Shown piece after piece: positions 51,775-61,083 of a stretch of DNA of 64,000 nt. This stretch comes from Candidatus Margulisiibacteriota bacterium. Lineage in GTDB: Bacteria > Margulisbacteria > Termititenacia > CAZZFK01. The notes beneath the pieces were generated by a model that saw only the letters and a program-made list of their open reading frames with translations, was not told the origin of the DNA and ran no database searches. Made by a program: the position numbers and the translations under genes. Position 1 is the stretch's first letter. Each line of letters starts with the position of its first letter. Location of the stretch: assembly GCA_042562495.1 (NCBI GenBank), contig JBHPMC010000004.1:405-64404 (forward strand), given 5' to 3'.

Positions 51775-53273
51775 TCCTACGCCCGCAACTCAGTGATTAT
51801 CGTCTGATCAGCCATTATATCGGCAAGGTAATAATCGGCACAGCCTTGATCATGCTCATCCCGCTTTTGACCGCACTATCCTTTCGGGAATGGAATCCTT
51901 TTTTTGATTTCTTGATAACGATCGGGGCCTCGCTTCTGGTCGGTATATTATTTTTATTTCTCGGTAAAAAGATCGACAAAGATGTCCGCTGGATCCACGG
52001 CATGGTCATTGCTGCCTTCTCCTGGATCATCGCTGTCCTGCTGGGAGCTATCCCCCATTTTTTAAGCGGGCATTTTCTTTCTTTTCTGGATGCTTGTTTT
52101 GATCTGATGAGCGGCTACACAACTACCGGATTGACCTTGATCCAGAACTTGGATCATGTCTCCTATAGCTTGAATATGTGGCGACACATCCTAACTTATG
52201 TTGGCGGCCAAGGAATGATCGTTGTTGTACTCACCTTTCTGATCCGGGGAACAGCAGGTGCTTACATGATGTATGTAGGTGAAGGTAAGGATGAGCGGTT
52301 GCTGCCCAATATCATTCAAACCTCCCGCGCTATCTGGATGATCAGCACAGTATACTTATTAGTCGGCACTACGCTACTATCGATCGTAACTTATCTTGAA
52401 GGCTTACGCTTCCCCCGGGCTTTCTTACATGGCTTATGGTTATTCATGACCTCTTGGAGCACCGGCGGCTTTTCTGCGCATTCGCAAAATGTCCTTTATT
52501 ATCATAGCTTAGCTATTGAAACGATCACGATGGTCCTTTTCATCCTGGGTTCGTTTAATTTTATCTTGCACTATGCTGTCTGGTCGGGCAAACGTTTTGA
52601 GTTCTTTAAGAACATCGAGATCATTTCTTTTATATCCACGGTCACGATCACCTTCAGCTTGGTCACCTTTGCCTTGATCAAACTAAATATTTATCCTGAA
52701 CTTTTTGCGCTCTTCCGAAAAGGTTTTTATATCCTGCTCTCCGGCCATACCGGCACAGGCAACACCACTATCTATGCCCAGCAATTCCTGGATTGGGGCC
52801 CCTTGGCTATGCTCGCTATTGCTATAGCTATGGCGATCGGCGGCAGTGCCAGCTCCACCTGCGGCGGCATCAAAGGCTTGCGTGTCGGCCTATTCTTTAA
52901 AGGTATCTCGCAGGAGATCAAACGTATAGTTCTTTCTGAAAATTCGGTATTCGTGACAAAGTTCCACCATATTAAAGATATCATCTTGACCGACCAACAT
53001 ATTAAAATGGCCGGCTTGGTCATCCTTTGTTTTATCTTGATCTATTTTGGCGGAGCTTTACTGGGAGTAGCTTATGGCTATCCATTTATGAACTCTCTTT
53101 TTGATTCTATATCCGCAGGCAGTACAACCGGCTTATCTTGCGGCGTCACCTCGGCTGCCATGCCAACACCGATGAAATTATATTATATCTTTGCAATGTG
53201 GGCGGGGCGCTTAGAATTCATCTCCGTTTTCGGCTTGATCGCTTTTATCTCTGCAATGCTGCGAGGCAAATAA
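51771..53273 (+). CDS. trkH: Trk-type potassium uptake membrane subunit
   Basis: 500 aa and polytopic, with repeated pore-loop-like motifs (SGYTTTGL, WSTGGF, SGHTGTGN, GSTTGL). Confidence 0.85.
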   Translation: MILRPQLSDYRLISHYIGKVIIGTALIMLIPLLTALSFREWNPFFDFLITIGASLLVGILFLFLGKKIDKDVRWIHGMVIAAFSWIIAVLLGAIPHFLSGHFLSFLDACFDLMSGYTTTGLTLIQNLDHVSYSLNMWRHILTYVGGQGMIVVVLTFLIRGTAGAYMMYVGEGKDERLLPNIIQTSRAIWMISTVYLLVGTTLLSIVTYLEGLRFPRAFLHGLWLFMTSWSTGGFSAHSQNVLYYHSLAIETITMVLFILGSFNFILHYAVWSGKRFEFFKNIEIISFISTVTITFSLVTFALIKLNIYPELFALFRKGFYILLSGHTGTGNTTIYAQQFLDWGPLAMLAIAIAMAIGGSASSTCGGIKGLRVGLFFKGISQEIKRIVLSENSVFVTKFHHIKDIILTDQHIKMAGLVILCFILIYFGGALLGVAYGYPFMNSLFDSISAGSTTGLSCGVTSAAMPTPMKLYYIFAMWAGRLEFISVFGLIAFISAMLRGK

Positions 53274-53746
53274 TGAAAAAAATAATATTTTCTATCCTTA
53301 TAATTTGTTTCCTATCAGCAGTTGCTTATGCAGAGCTGGTGCCGTTCAAAACCTTGATCGAACAAGGCAATAAATACGATAAAAAATTGGTGGAAGTATA
53401 TGGCGAAGCTTTCGGAGATAAAATGTTCCGCGGGGATAAGGTCTGGATAAATATCTTGGGGCAGGATGGCACAGCCATGGGCATCCTTTGTTCAAAATAC
53501 CAGGCCAATAAGATCCGGATCCTGGGTGATTATAATCATCGCGGCGATCGGGTTATTGTTAAAGGGTATTTTCAACGCTTTTTTCAGGAACAAGGCGGAG
53601 AAACAGCCATCAACGCCTACGATATCGAGGTAAAATATCCAGGCTATAAATTAAAACACAAGGTTCCTGTACAGAAGATCTGGATCAGCATTATCTTATT
53701 GCTTATTGCTTCAGTCTTGATATTTGTCTATAAGAAATTCAGATAA
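53273..53746 (+). CDS. Exported protein with a C-terminal TM anchor (157 aa), unknown function
   Basis: Its ATG overlaps the trkH stop (TAATG). Has a signal peptide (MKKIIFSILIICFLSAVAYA) and a C-terminal anchor (IWISIILLLIASVLIFVY). The track ORF carries a spurious 45-codon 5' extension inside trkH. Confidence 0.65.
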   Translation: MKKIIFSILIICFLSAVAYAELVPFKTLIEQGNKYDKKLVEVYGEAFGDKMFRGDKVWINILGQDGTAMGILCSKYQANKIRILGDYNHRGDRVIVKGYFQRFFQEQGGETAINAYDIEVKYPGYKLKHKVPVQKIWISIILLLIASVLIFVYKKFR

Positions 53747-53749
53747 ACC

Positions 53750-54439
53750 TTAAGAACTTTTATAAGAAGCGTCCTGCAATCTATTGATCATTTCATTGAT
53801 AATATCTTTATGCCCGGTGGATATTTCGAGCTCATTGTTCGCTTTTTGAAGTTTGTTGATCAGATCAGGGGCAACATTTAGGACCCCGATCTTTAACGCT
53901 GTCCAATTCAACATGGCCACATCTGCGATCTTAAGCATATAGTATGATGTGTTGCCATTTAATTCATCAATCTTATTCAATGCTACATTTATCAAGGCAA
54001 CGACCTTATCAGGTGTCCACTCGACAACCAACACCAAAGCTTTTAGCAAGGTCTGGAGATCTACACCTGCTAATTTATCTGAAAATTCAAGAAAGTCGAT
54101 ATTTGCAGCTAGCTCCGGTAGGATCTTGGCCGTTATTTCCAACATCTTCTGCTGTTTTTCTGCACTACCTTCTGCTTCACTTATACAATAATTCGGATCC
54201 ACACTAAAAGCCTGCATGCGCTGATGGATACGCCTGTAAATATCATCCCGATTGCCAAGCTTGGCAGCAAAACTAAGCATGGCCTCTTTGATCTTCATTT
54301 GATCTTGCTTCTTCTCTACCGGAGGCTTTTTGGCACAAGCTGCGACCAGGCCATAAAATTCTTTTGATTTTATCTCTATGCTCAGAGCTACTACATCTGA
54401 TTGTTGGCAGGCAATAATTTTACATCTAAATTTATTCAT
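53750..54439 (-). CDS. Hypothetical all-helical protein (229 aa)
   Basis: Long ORF with no signal peptide and no recognised motif. Confidence 0.5.
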   Translation of the reverse strand: MNKFRCKIIACQQSDVVALSIEIKSKEFYGLVAACAKKPPVEKKQDQMKIKEAMLSFAAKLGNRDDIYRRIHQRMQAFSVDPNYCISEAEGSAEKQQKMLEITAKILPELAANIDFLEFSDKLAGVDLQTLLKALVLVVEWTPDKVVALINVALNKIDELNGNTSYYMLKIADVAMLNWTALKIGVLNVAPDLINKLQKANNELEISTGHKDIINEMINRLQDASYKSS

Positions 54440-54526
54440 AGCTTATCCTTATTATTACTAATAGCTATCGCCTGTTGTTCCTGTAAATTTCATCAGAAAT
54501 AAAAGCTGTTCTATACTACTTAATTG

Positions 54527-56827
54527 CTATAATCCTTGTGAAGAATTCTTGAAAATCTTATCCGACCATTTTTTCTTCTTCGGCTGCTCTTCTTCCTCTT
54601 CTTCTTCCTCTTCTTCTTCTTTTTCTTTAGCTGCTATATTTACCACTTTGCCGGTATCCGGGAAAAATGTCTGCTCCCAATCCGGTCGCGATGTGCCGAA
54701 CCAGGATTTTTTCTTATCATCCCCCGCTATGGATGTCTGCTGTCCACCGCCAACAAAAGCAAATACATTGTGTATATGACAAGAACGATCCATTTGGTTG
54801 TTCTTCCAGATAAGATCCTCCACCACCCTGTCTCCCGGGCAGATCGGCGTAGCTAACGCTCCGCTATCCAAACAGATCCTTTGCAATACTAAACCATAGG
54901 GCCTGGGGAAATAGGCAACAGGAACTTTTTTAGCCGCAAAGACCATATAATCATGCCACATTCTTGCCGGTATCAGACCTCCGGTCACTTCGTTCATCGG
55001 GCTATTGTTATTATTCCCTACCCAGGTAACCGTCAATATTTGAGGAGTAAAACCAAAGAACCAGGCATCACGATAATCAGTCGTGGTCCCTGTCTTACCG
55101 GCCATAGGCCTATTGATCAACGCTCCCCGGCCTGTGCCATGCAAAACAACACCTTTCATCATATCGATCAACGTATTGGTAATGTTGGCATCGAATACCC
55201 TGGATTGCTGAATTGTGTGTTTGTACAATTCATTACCATTCCTATCTTCTATCTTGGTAATAGAAACCGGATCGATCCTTACTCCGGAATTAGCAATGAC
55301 CCCGTAAGCTTTAGCCATTTCAAGCATCGAGACTTCCGCAGAACCCAAGGTAAGCGAAAGTACCGGCGGCAAGTAGCTTTTTATACCAAGCTTGCGACAA
55401 GTAACGATCACATTGCTGGGATCTACCAGATCGTTGATCTTTACCGCCACTACATTGACCGATCTCTCCAAAGCTTTACGCAATGATAATCCGCCAAGAA
55501 AACGCTTGGTGTAATTCTGGGGAGCGTAGGGACCTTCGATAGTATTGAAGGTGACCGGCGAATCTTCCAAGACTGTCCCCGGAGAAAAGCCCATATTTAA
55601 AGCAGTTAAATATGTGAAAGGCTTAAAAGCAGATCCCGGCTGACGTTTTGCCTGATAAATATGATCGAACTCATTCTTCAAGAAATCATGCCCGCCTACC
55701 CAGGATTTAATATAACCTGTGCGCGGATCCATGCTCATTAAAGCTGCCTGAGTATAATTTAAGCTGGGCACTTCACCTTTACTTGTCCAATGCGGTTTCA
55801 TCCCTTCTTGAATATATTTTTCGACCACATCTTCTCCTCTTTTCTGCATATCCCACTCTAAGGTCGTATATACTCGCAGCCCGTCGTTATAAACAACATC
55901 TTCTCCATACATTTCCTCTAATTGCTTGACCACATAGCTGGTAAAATATGGTGCTTTATACTTAAGTTTTTTACGCCCGGCCAGGACCAGAGGAACTTCT
56001 TTGGCCTCAAAATATTCCTGCCCGGTGATATAGCCCAGCTCCGCCATCCTGTTCAATACTATATCTTTACGCAATCTTGATCCGTTGGGATTACGGTAGG
56101 GAGAATAATATTCCGGCGCTCGCAGGATCCCGGCCAGCATAGCCGCTTCCGGAATGGTCAGCGCAACGGCATGTTTGCCAAAATACATTTGAGACGCAGA
56201 TTCAATACCATAAGAATTATGGCCCCAATAGATCTGATTTAAATACAATTCCAAGATCTCATCTTTGGTATAGCGCCTTTCTATCTGCAGCGCTAAGAGG
56301 ATCTCAGCGATCTTGCGGACGACCTTTTTTCGTTTATATAAGAAAACGTTCCTGGCTAATTGCTGAGTGATCGTACTGCCGCCCTGAGCCGCGCCTCCCG
56401 CTTTAAGATTAGCAGCAAAAGCACGCAAAATACCCTTTGGCGAAATACCATAATGTTTATAAAAATCGTCATCTTCTGAAGCTAGCACTGCAGCTTTTAT
56501 AAAATCCGACATTTTTTTCAAAGGGATGATCATTCTGTTCTCTTCACGATGCAATTCTGCCAAGACTATACCATCTGCAGAAAAGATCTTGGTTGTTTCA
56601 TTGGGAACATAGGTATTGATGCTTTCCACATCGGGCAAATTATAGGCGATCTGGATAGTGATCAGCATTACGATCAAAAATCCCCCACCCATGATCAGCA
56701 TCCCAAAACGGAAGACCTTACGCCAAAATAGAGTATTTCGTAATTTTTTTGCAGAACGTAAGTACGGGCCACCTGCTCCTGGCCCGCTCATCGAAGTTAT
56801 ATTTTGCGGTTTCTTATTAAAAATCAC
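54527..56827 (-). CDS. mrcA: Bifunctional class A penicillin-binding protein (transglycosylase/transpeptidase) with a poly-Glu/Lys tail
   Basis: 766 aa. GT51 motifs EDDDFYKHYG and GGSTITQQLARN. Transpeptidase motifs SAFKPF and KTGTT. The C-terminus reads KEKEEEEEEEEEEEEQPKKKKW. Confidence 0.9.
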   Translation of the reverse strand: MIFNKKPQNITSMSGPGAGGPYLRSAKKLRNTLFWRKVFRFGMLIMGGGFLIVMLITIQIAYNLPDVESINTYVPNETTKIFSADGIVLAELHREENRMIIPLKKMSDFIKAAVLASEDDDFYKHYGISPKGILRAFAANLKAGGAAQGGSTITQQLARNVFLYKRKKVVRKIAEILLALQIERRYTKDEILELYLNQIYWGHNSYGIESASQMYFGKHAVALTIPEAAMLAGILRAPEYYSPYRNPNGSRLRKDIVLNRMAELGYITGQEYFEAKEVPLVLAGRKKLKYKAPYFTSYVVKQLEEMYGEDVVYNDGLRVYTTLEWDMQKRGEDVVEKYIQEGMKPHWTSKGEVPSLNYTQAALMSMDPRTGYIKSWVGGHDFLKNEFDHIYQAKRQPGSAFKPFTYLTALNMGFSPGTVLEDSPVTFNTIEGPYAPQNYTKRFLGGLSLRKALERSVNVVAVKINDLVDPSNVIVTCRKLGIKSYLPPVLSLTLGSAEVSMLEMAKAYGVIANSGVRIDPVSITKIEDRNGNELYKHTIQQSRVFDANITNTLIDMMKGVVLHGTGRGALINRPMAGKTGTTTDYRDAWFFGFTPQILTVTWVGNNNNSPMNEVTGGLIPARMWHDYMVFAAKKVPVAYFPRPYGLVLQRICLDSGALATPICPGDRVVEDLIWKNNQMDRSCHIHNVFAFVGGGQQTSIAGDDKKKSWFGTSRPDWEQTFFPDTGKVVNIAAKEKEEEEEEEEEEEQPKKKKWSDKIFKNSSQGL

Positions 56828-56964
56828 TTATTAATCGCCTTTTTACTCTTTTCAATAAACGGGAAGAAATTCAAAATTCCTCATTTTATTGCTAAAATCA
56901 ACGGCAGCGGACAGACATTATAACATCATGAAGCAGATTTAAAAATATAATGGGGAAAATAATT

Positions 56965-58113
56965 ATGGAAATTCTAAATAAGTTAAAAAAAGGCGTAGCG
57001 GAAATAATCTCCGAGAAAGAATTGCTGGAACGCCTAAAAAAGGATACCCCTTTAAAGATCAAATGGGGTGCCGATCCTTCTGCCCCTGATCTTCATCTTG
57101 GTCATACTGTTATCTTAAGAAAGCTGAAATTATTCCAAGAGCTGGGGCATCAAATATATTTTCTGATCGGCGATTTCACAGCGCTGATCGGCGATCCCAG
57201 CGGCCGCTCGGAAACCCGCCCCGCACTAACGCAGGATGAAGTAAAGATCAATGCCCGCACTTATCAAGACCAGGTCTTCAAGATACTGGATAAAAAAAAG
57301 ACAACTGTTGTTTACAACAGCAGGTGGCTCAATAAACTTAATGCTGTAGATATAATACATTTAAGCAGCAAACATACTGTGGCCAGAATGCTGGAAAGAG
57401 ATGATTTTGAAAAACGCTACAAAGGCGGAGAACCGATCTCTATCCACGAATTCCTCTACCCGCTCTTTCAAGGCTTTGATTCTGTGGAATTACAGGCAGA
57501 TCTTGAGATCGGCGGGACGGATCAAAAATTCAATCTCTTGGTCGGCCGTCAATTGCAATCCGATTGGGAACAACCACCTCAAGTGGTAATGACCATGCCT
57601 ATCTTAGAAGGTACCGATGGCGTTCAAAAAATGTCCAAATCTCTGGGCAACCACATCGGGATAAATGAATCACCGCAAGAAATGTACGGCAAGCTTATGT
57701 CCATACCCGATCAGCTAATGCCGCGTTATTATGAATTGTTGACCGATCTGGTATTTGACCAAAAAAAACATCCTCGGGATTCCAAGATCCTGCTCGCTAA
57801 AACTATCGTCGCTCAATATCATGATCAATCCGCTGCCAATAATGCCGCTAAGAACTTCAGCGAAGTTTTTGCCGCAGGCGGCCTGCCTACAGATATACCG
57901 GAAATAAAACTAAAAGCTAAAACCTTGAACATTGTCCAGCTTGTAGCTGCCTGCAATCTGACCAAGAGCAATGGTGAGACCAAACGCTTGATCAAACAAA
58001 AAGCAGTATCGCTTGACGGAAAACCAATAGTCGATGAAAAAACAAATATAACCGTTAAGAACGGTTCTGTACTTCGCGTGGGGAAACGACGCTTTGCTCG
58101 TTTAAAAACATAA
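56965..58113 (+). CDS. tyrS: Tyrosyl-tRNA synthetase
   Basis: Contains the HIGH-type motif DLHLGH, KMSKS and a C-terminal S4 domain. The start is taken at 56965 (GGGGA SD 8 nt upstream); the track ORF starts at 56950, inside a TATAAT box. Confidence 0.9.
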   Translation: MEILNKLKKGVAEIISEKELLERLKKDTPLKIKWGADPSAPDLHLGHTVILRKLKLFQELGHQIYFLIGDFTALIGDPSGRSETRPALTQDEVKINARTYQDQVFKILDKKKTTVVYNSRWLNKLNAVDIIHLSSKHTVARMLERDDFEKRYKGGEPISIHEFLYPLFQGFDSVELQADLEIGGTDQKFNLLVGRQLQSDWEQPPQVVMTMPILEGTDGVQKMSKSLGNHIGINESPQEMYGKLMSIPDQLMPRYYELLTDLVFDQKKHPRDSKILLAKTIVAQYHDQSAANNAAKNFSEVFAAGGLPTDIPEIKLKAKTLNIVQLVAACNLTKSNGETKRLIKQKAVSLDGKPIVDEKTNITVKNGSVLRVGKRRFARLKT

Positions 58114-58493
58114 TGCCTAAAAAAATACTGGAAAAGCTGCAAAAGATCCCGCGGACCATATTGATCGGTGCATCCTCCGGCTTTATCAGCGGGCTGCTGG
58201 GCTTGGGCGGAGGGATCATCTTTGTTCCGGCCTTGCTCTATCTCTTGAAGATCCCTCAACGCACCGCCCAGGGCACCGCCCTCACGGTGATCATCCCCAC
58301 TGCGCTAAGCGGTTCGATCCGCTATTATTTAGCAGGTAATCTGGATCTGAATTTATCTGTATGGATAGCTGCCGGCTCTATGTTCGGTGTTTTGGCCGGT
58401 TCTTTATTTGCGCACAAGCTGCATCCCAATGTTTTACGCCGCAGTTTCGGTGCTTTTATGCTCGTGGTAGCGATCAAAATGTTTTTGGAGTAA
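58113..58493 (+). CDS. Half-size (4-TM) TSUP/TauE-SafE family membrane protein, first of a tandem pair
   Basis: 126 aa. Contains GFISGLLGLGGGIIFVPAL, the family signature. Its ATG overlaps the tyrS stop. Confidence 0.75.
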   Translation: MPKKILEKLQKIPRTILIGASSGFISGLLGLGGGIIFVPALLYLLKIPQRTAQGTALTVIIPTALSGSIRYYLAGNLDLNLSVWIAAGSMFGVLAGSLFAHKLHPNVLRRSFGAFMLVVAIKMFLE

Positions 58494-58496
58494 TTT

Positions 58497-58850
58497 ATGC
58501 CGGCAGAACTACTATTGATAGGAATGATCGGAGGGCTCATCGGAGGCCTGCTGGGTGTCGGCGGAGGCACGATCTATGTTCCGGTCCTCGTCCTCATCTA
58601 TGGAACTACCCAACAATTAGCCCAAGGGATCTCCTTGGGAGTAATGATCCCCATGGCCTGCTTAGGCAGTTATGCGTATTTTCGCCAAGGCAGTGTACGC
58701 CTGGATATATTTTGGGAACTGGTCCTGGGCAGTATCTTTGGTGCTTTCATCGGCGCTTCCTTTGCCAATCATATTAACGGCCAGTTATTGCAACAGATAT
58801 TTTCTATTGCCCTGGCTTTGATCGGCCTGAAAATGGTCATGGGGAAATAA
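58497..58850 (+). CDS. Half-size (4-TM) TSUP/TauE-SafE family membrane protein, second of a tandem pair
   Basis: 117 aa. Contains GLIGGLLGVGGGTIYVPVL. A GGAG SD lies 6 nt upstream of the ATG, straddling the upstream stop. Its stop abuts the trpE ATG. Confidence 0.75.
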   Translation: MPAELLLIGMIGGLIGGLLGVGGGTIYVPVLVLIYGTTQQLAQGISLGVMIPMACLGSYAYFRQGSVRLDIFWELVLGSIFGAFIGASFANHINGQLLQQIFSIALALIGLKMVMGK

Positions 58851-60257
58851 ATGTTCTATCCAAGTGAAAAAGATTTTATTCAATTAGCGAAACAGGGCAA
58901 TCTCATCCCGGTATATAAAGAGATCGTGGCCGATCTGGAAACACCTGTTTCCGCTTATTTAAAGATCGAGACCGCCGACTCTTTTCTTTTAGAAAGTGTC
59001 GAGCAAGGTGAAAATATCGCCCGCTGGTCCTTTATCGGAAGCAAGCCTTTCTTGAAATTTAAAGCCAAAAAAGATCCCTACCTGGAGCTTAAAAAGCTCA
59101 TGCAAAAATACAAGCCGGTCACCTATGGAGGCCTGCCTCCTTTTCATGGAGGAGCGGTTGGCTATTTCAGCTATGATTCTGTACGCTGCATCGAGAACAT
59201 CCCGTGTAAAAATAAAGATGATCTGAAATTTCCCTTAGCTCAATTTCTTTTAACTGATACGGTACTGGTTTTTGACCACGTAAAACACAAGATTCTGGTC
59301 ATCTCAAATGCCCTGATCAAAAATGATCCTAAAAAAGCCTATGCTAAAGCTAAGAAAAAGATCGATAATCTGATCCAAAAACTAAAAAGACCTTTGCCGG
59401 CCAAGAAGATCCTGGAGACCACAGGTACAATCGATTCCAAGAAGATCAGCTCGAACTTCGAGCCTGAAGGCTTTCACAATATTGTCAGAAAAGCCAAGGA
59501 ATATATAAAAGCCGGAGATATTTTCCAGGTCGTCCTTTCTCAGCGTTTTGAAAAAGAATACAAAGGTGATCCTTTCAAGATCTACCGGCAGCTGCGCAGC
59601 ATCAATCCTTCTCCATATATGTTCTATTTAAAGTTCGGCAAGACAAGAGTGATCGGCTCCTCACCGGAAATCTTAGTCCGCCTGGAAGGCAGAAAAGCTA
59701 CTGTCCGCCCGATCGCCGGCACCCGCAGGCGCGGCCGCACTCCCCCAGAAGATCTTGCTTTAGAAAAAGATCTGCTCTCAGATAAAAAAGAATTAGCCGA
59801 ACATATCATGCTCGTTGATCTGGGCCGCAACGACTTAGGACGCGTTTGTTATCCCGGATCGGTAAAGACCAATGAGCTAAAATCAATTGAGCGCTACTCC
59901 CATGTCATGCATATAGTTTCCAACGTGGAAGGCAGGCTGCTGGATTACAAAGATGGTTTCGACCTTTTAAAAGCGACCTTCCCTGCCGGCACAGTATCCG
60001 GCGCCCCGAAGATCCGGGCGATGGAGATCATCGATGAATTGGAGCCAGCCAGGCGCGGCCTTTATGCCGGCTCTGTCGGCTATTTCGACTTCTCCGGCAA
60101 TCTTGATTCCTGCATCACTATCCGCACGATCATAGTCAAAGATAATCGGGCTTATGTCCAATCCGGAGCAGGAATAGTTGCTGATTCTGATCCGCGGCGA
60201 GAATATGAAGAGACCATCAACAAAGCCATGGCCATGTTAAAATGCCTGGGAGAATAA
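58851..60257 (+). CDS. trpE: Anthranilate synthase component I
   Basis: 468 aa. Contains [18 protein letters not shown] and the C-terminal chorismate-binding blocks ([25 protein letters not shown]). Confidence 0.9.
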   Translation: MFYPSEKDFIQLAKQGNLIPVYKEIVADLETPVSAYLKIETADSFLLESVEQGENIARWSFIGSKPFLKFKAKKDPYLELKKLMQKYKPVTYGGLPPFHGGAVGYFSYDSVRCIENIPCKNKDDLKFPLAQFLLTDTVLVFDHVKHKILVISNALIKNDPKKAYAKAKKKIDNLIQKLKRPLPAKKILETTGTIDSKKISSNFEPEGFHNIVRKAKEYIKAGDIFQVVLSQRFEKEYKGDPFKIYRQLRSINPSPYMFYLKFGKTRVIGSSPEILVRLEGRKATVRPIAGTRRRGRTPPEDLALEKDLLSDKKELAEHIMLVDLGRNDLGRVCYPGSVKTNELKSIERYSHVMHIVSNVEGRLLDYKDGFDLLKATFPAGTVSGAPKIRAMEIIDELEPARRGLYAGSVGYFDFSGNLDSCITIRTIIVKDNRAYVQSGAGIVADSDPRREYEETINKAMAMLKCLGE

Positions 60258-60258
60258 A

Positions 60259-60840
60259 ATGATATTAATGATCGATAATTACGATTCTTTTACTTATAAC
60301 CTGGTCCAGTACCTCGGCGAATTGGGTGCTAAGCTTAAAGTTTACAGGAACGATAAGATCACGATCTCTGAGATCGAATCCTTAAAGCCCAGCCATATTG
60401 TCATCTCCCCCGGCCCCGGGGTCCCAGCCAAGGCAGGGATCACCGAAGAGGTCATTAAAGCTTTTGCCGGGAAGCTGCCTATCCTTGGCGTATGCTTAGG
60501 TCACCAAGCTATCGGCGAAGTCTTTGGCGGCAAGATCGTTCGCGCCAAGATCCTGATGCACGGCAAGACCTCAGATATTCTGCACGACAGACAGACCATC
60601 TTTAAGGGCTTGCCCTCACCCTTTACAGCCACTAGATATCACTCACTGATAGTCCAAAAAAGTTCTCTGCCCACTTGTTTGGAAATAACCGCCAAGACAG
60701 ATAAAGGCGAGATCATGGGCCTGCGTCATAAAAAATATACCGTTGAGGGGGTCCAATTCCATCCGGAATCCATTTTGACCACGAACGGTAAAAAACTTCT
60801 GAAGAATTTCCTGAAGATCGCTTCGGGTACTCGAAAATAA
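60259..60840 (+). CDS. trpG: Anthranilate synthase component II (glutamine amidotransferase)
   Basis: 193 aa. Contains [22 protein letters not shown] and FHPES. Confidence 0.9.
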   Translation: MILMIDNYDSFTYNLVQYLGELGAKLKVYRNDKITISEIESLKPSHIVISPGPGVPAKAGITEEVIKAFAGKLPILGVCLGHQAIGEVFGGKIVRAKILMHGKTSDILHDRQTIFKGLPSPFTATRYHSLIVQKSSLPTCLEITAKTDKGEIMGLRHKKYTVEGVQFHPESILTTNGKKLLKNFLKIASGTRK

Positions 60841-60883
60841 GGTCAAACCTTTAGCTTATTTTCTATAAAAAATTCCTTACTAA

Positions 60884-61014
60884 CCTTGTCACTCTGAGCC
60901 GGAGCGAAAGCGCAGTAGAAGAGTCTCTGTAATCCAGAATAGACAGAGATTCTTCGTCCCTATTTGACGGGAAAAAGCTCGCCTGGCCATCCTGCGGTCC
61001 TCAGAACGACAAGG
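60884..61014. repeat. Nested palindromic element, copy 1 (~131 bp), in the trpG-trpD spacer
   Basis: Outer inverted repeat: ccttgtcactctgag (60884-60898) with ctcagaacgacaagg (61000-61014), 13/15 complementary. Inner inverted repeat: gaagagtctctgt (60918-60930) with acagagattcttc (60943-60955), 12/13. It shares cores with copy 2. Confidence 0.8.
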
Positions 61015-61083
61015 GAATACAGAGTATCTTTTTAGTTATTTTTGATATAATTCTCATCTAATATCACCAAGAAGGAGCAAGTC

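Noticed and set aside
53138-53272. 5' extension of the 202-aa ORF inside trkH
   Set aside because: The extension is out-of-frame overlap with trkH. The ATG at 53273 gives a clean signal peptide and TAATG coupling.
54953-55486. 177-aa plus-strand ORF
   Set aside because: It is antisense to the PBP1A transpeptidase domain.
57825-58777. 144-aa minus-strand ORF and 138-aa plus-strand ORF overlapping tyrS and the TSUP genes
   Set aside because: They are alternative-frame or antisense overlaps of genes with clear family signatures. Their products are Arg/Pro-rich artefacts of the locally higher GC.
60841-61083. trpG-trpD spacer as a trp attenuator, T-box or TRAP-binding site
   Set aside because: It has no Trp-codon leader ORF, no array of regularly spaced GAG/TAG triplets, and no T-box-like specifier or antiterminator layout. 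The structure is instead a nested palindrome whose cores recur at 62852-62971, so it is better explained as a dispersed repeat.
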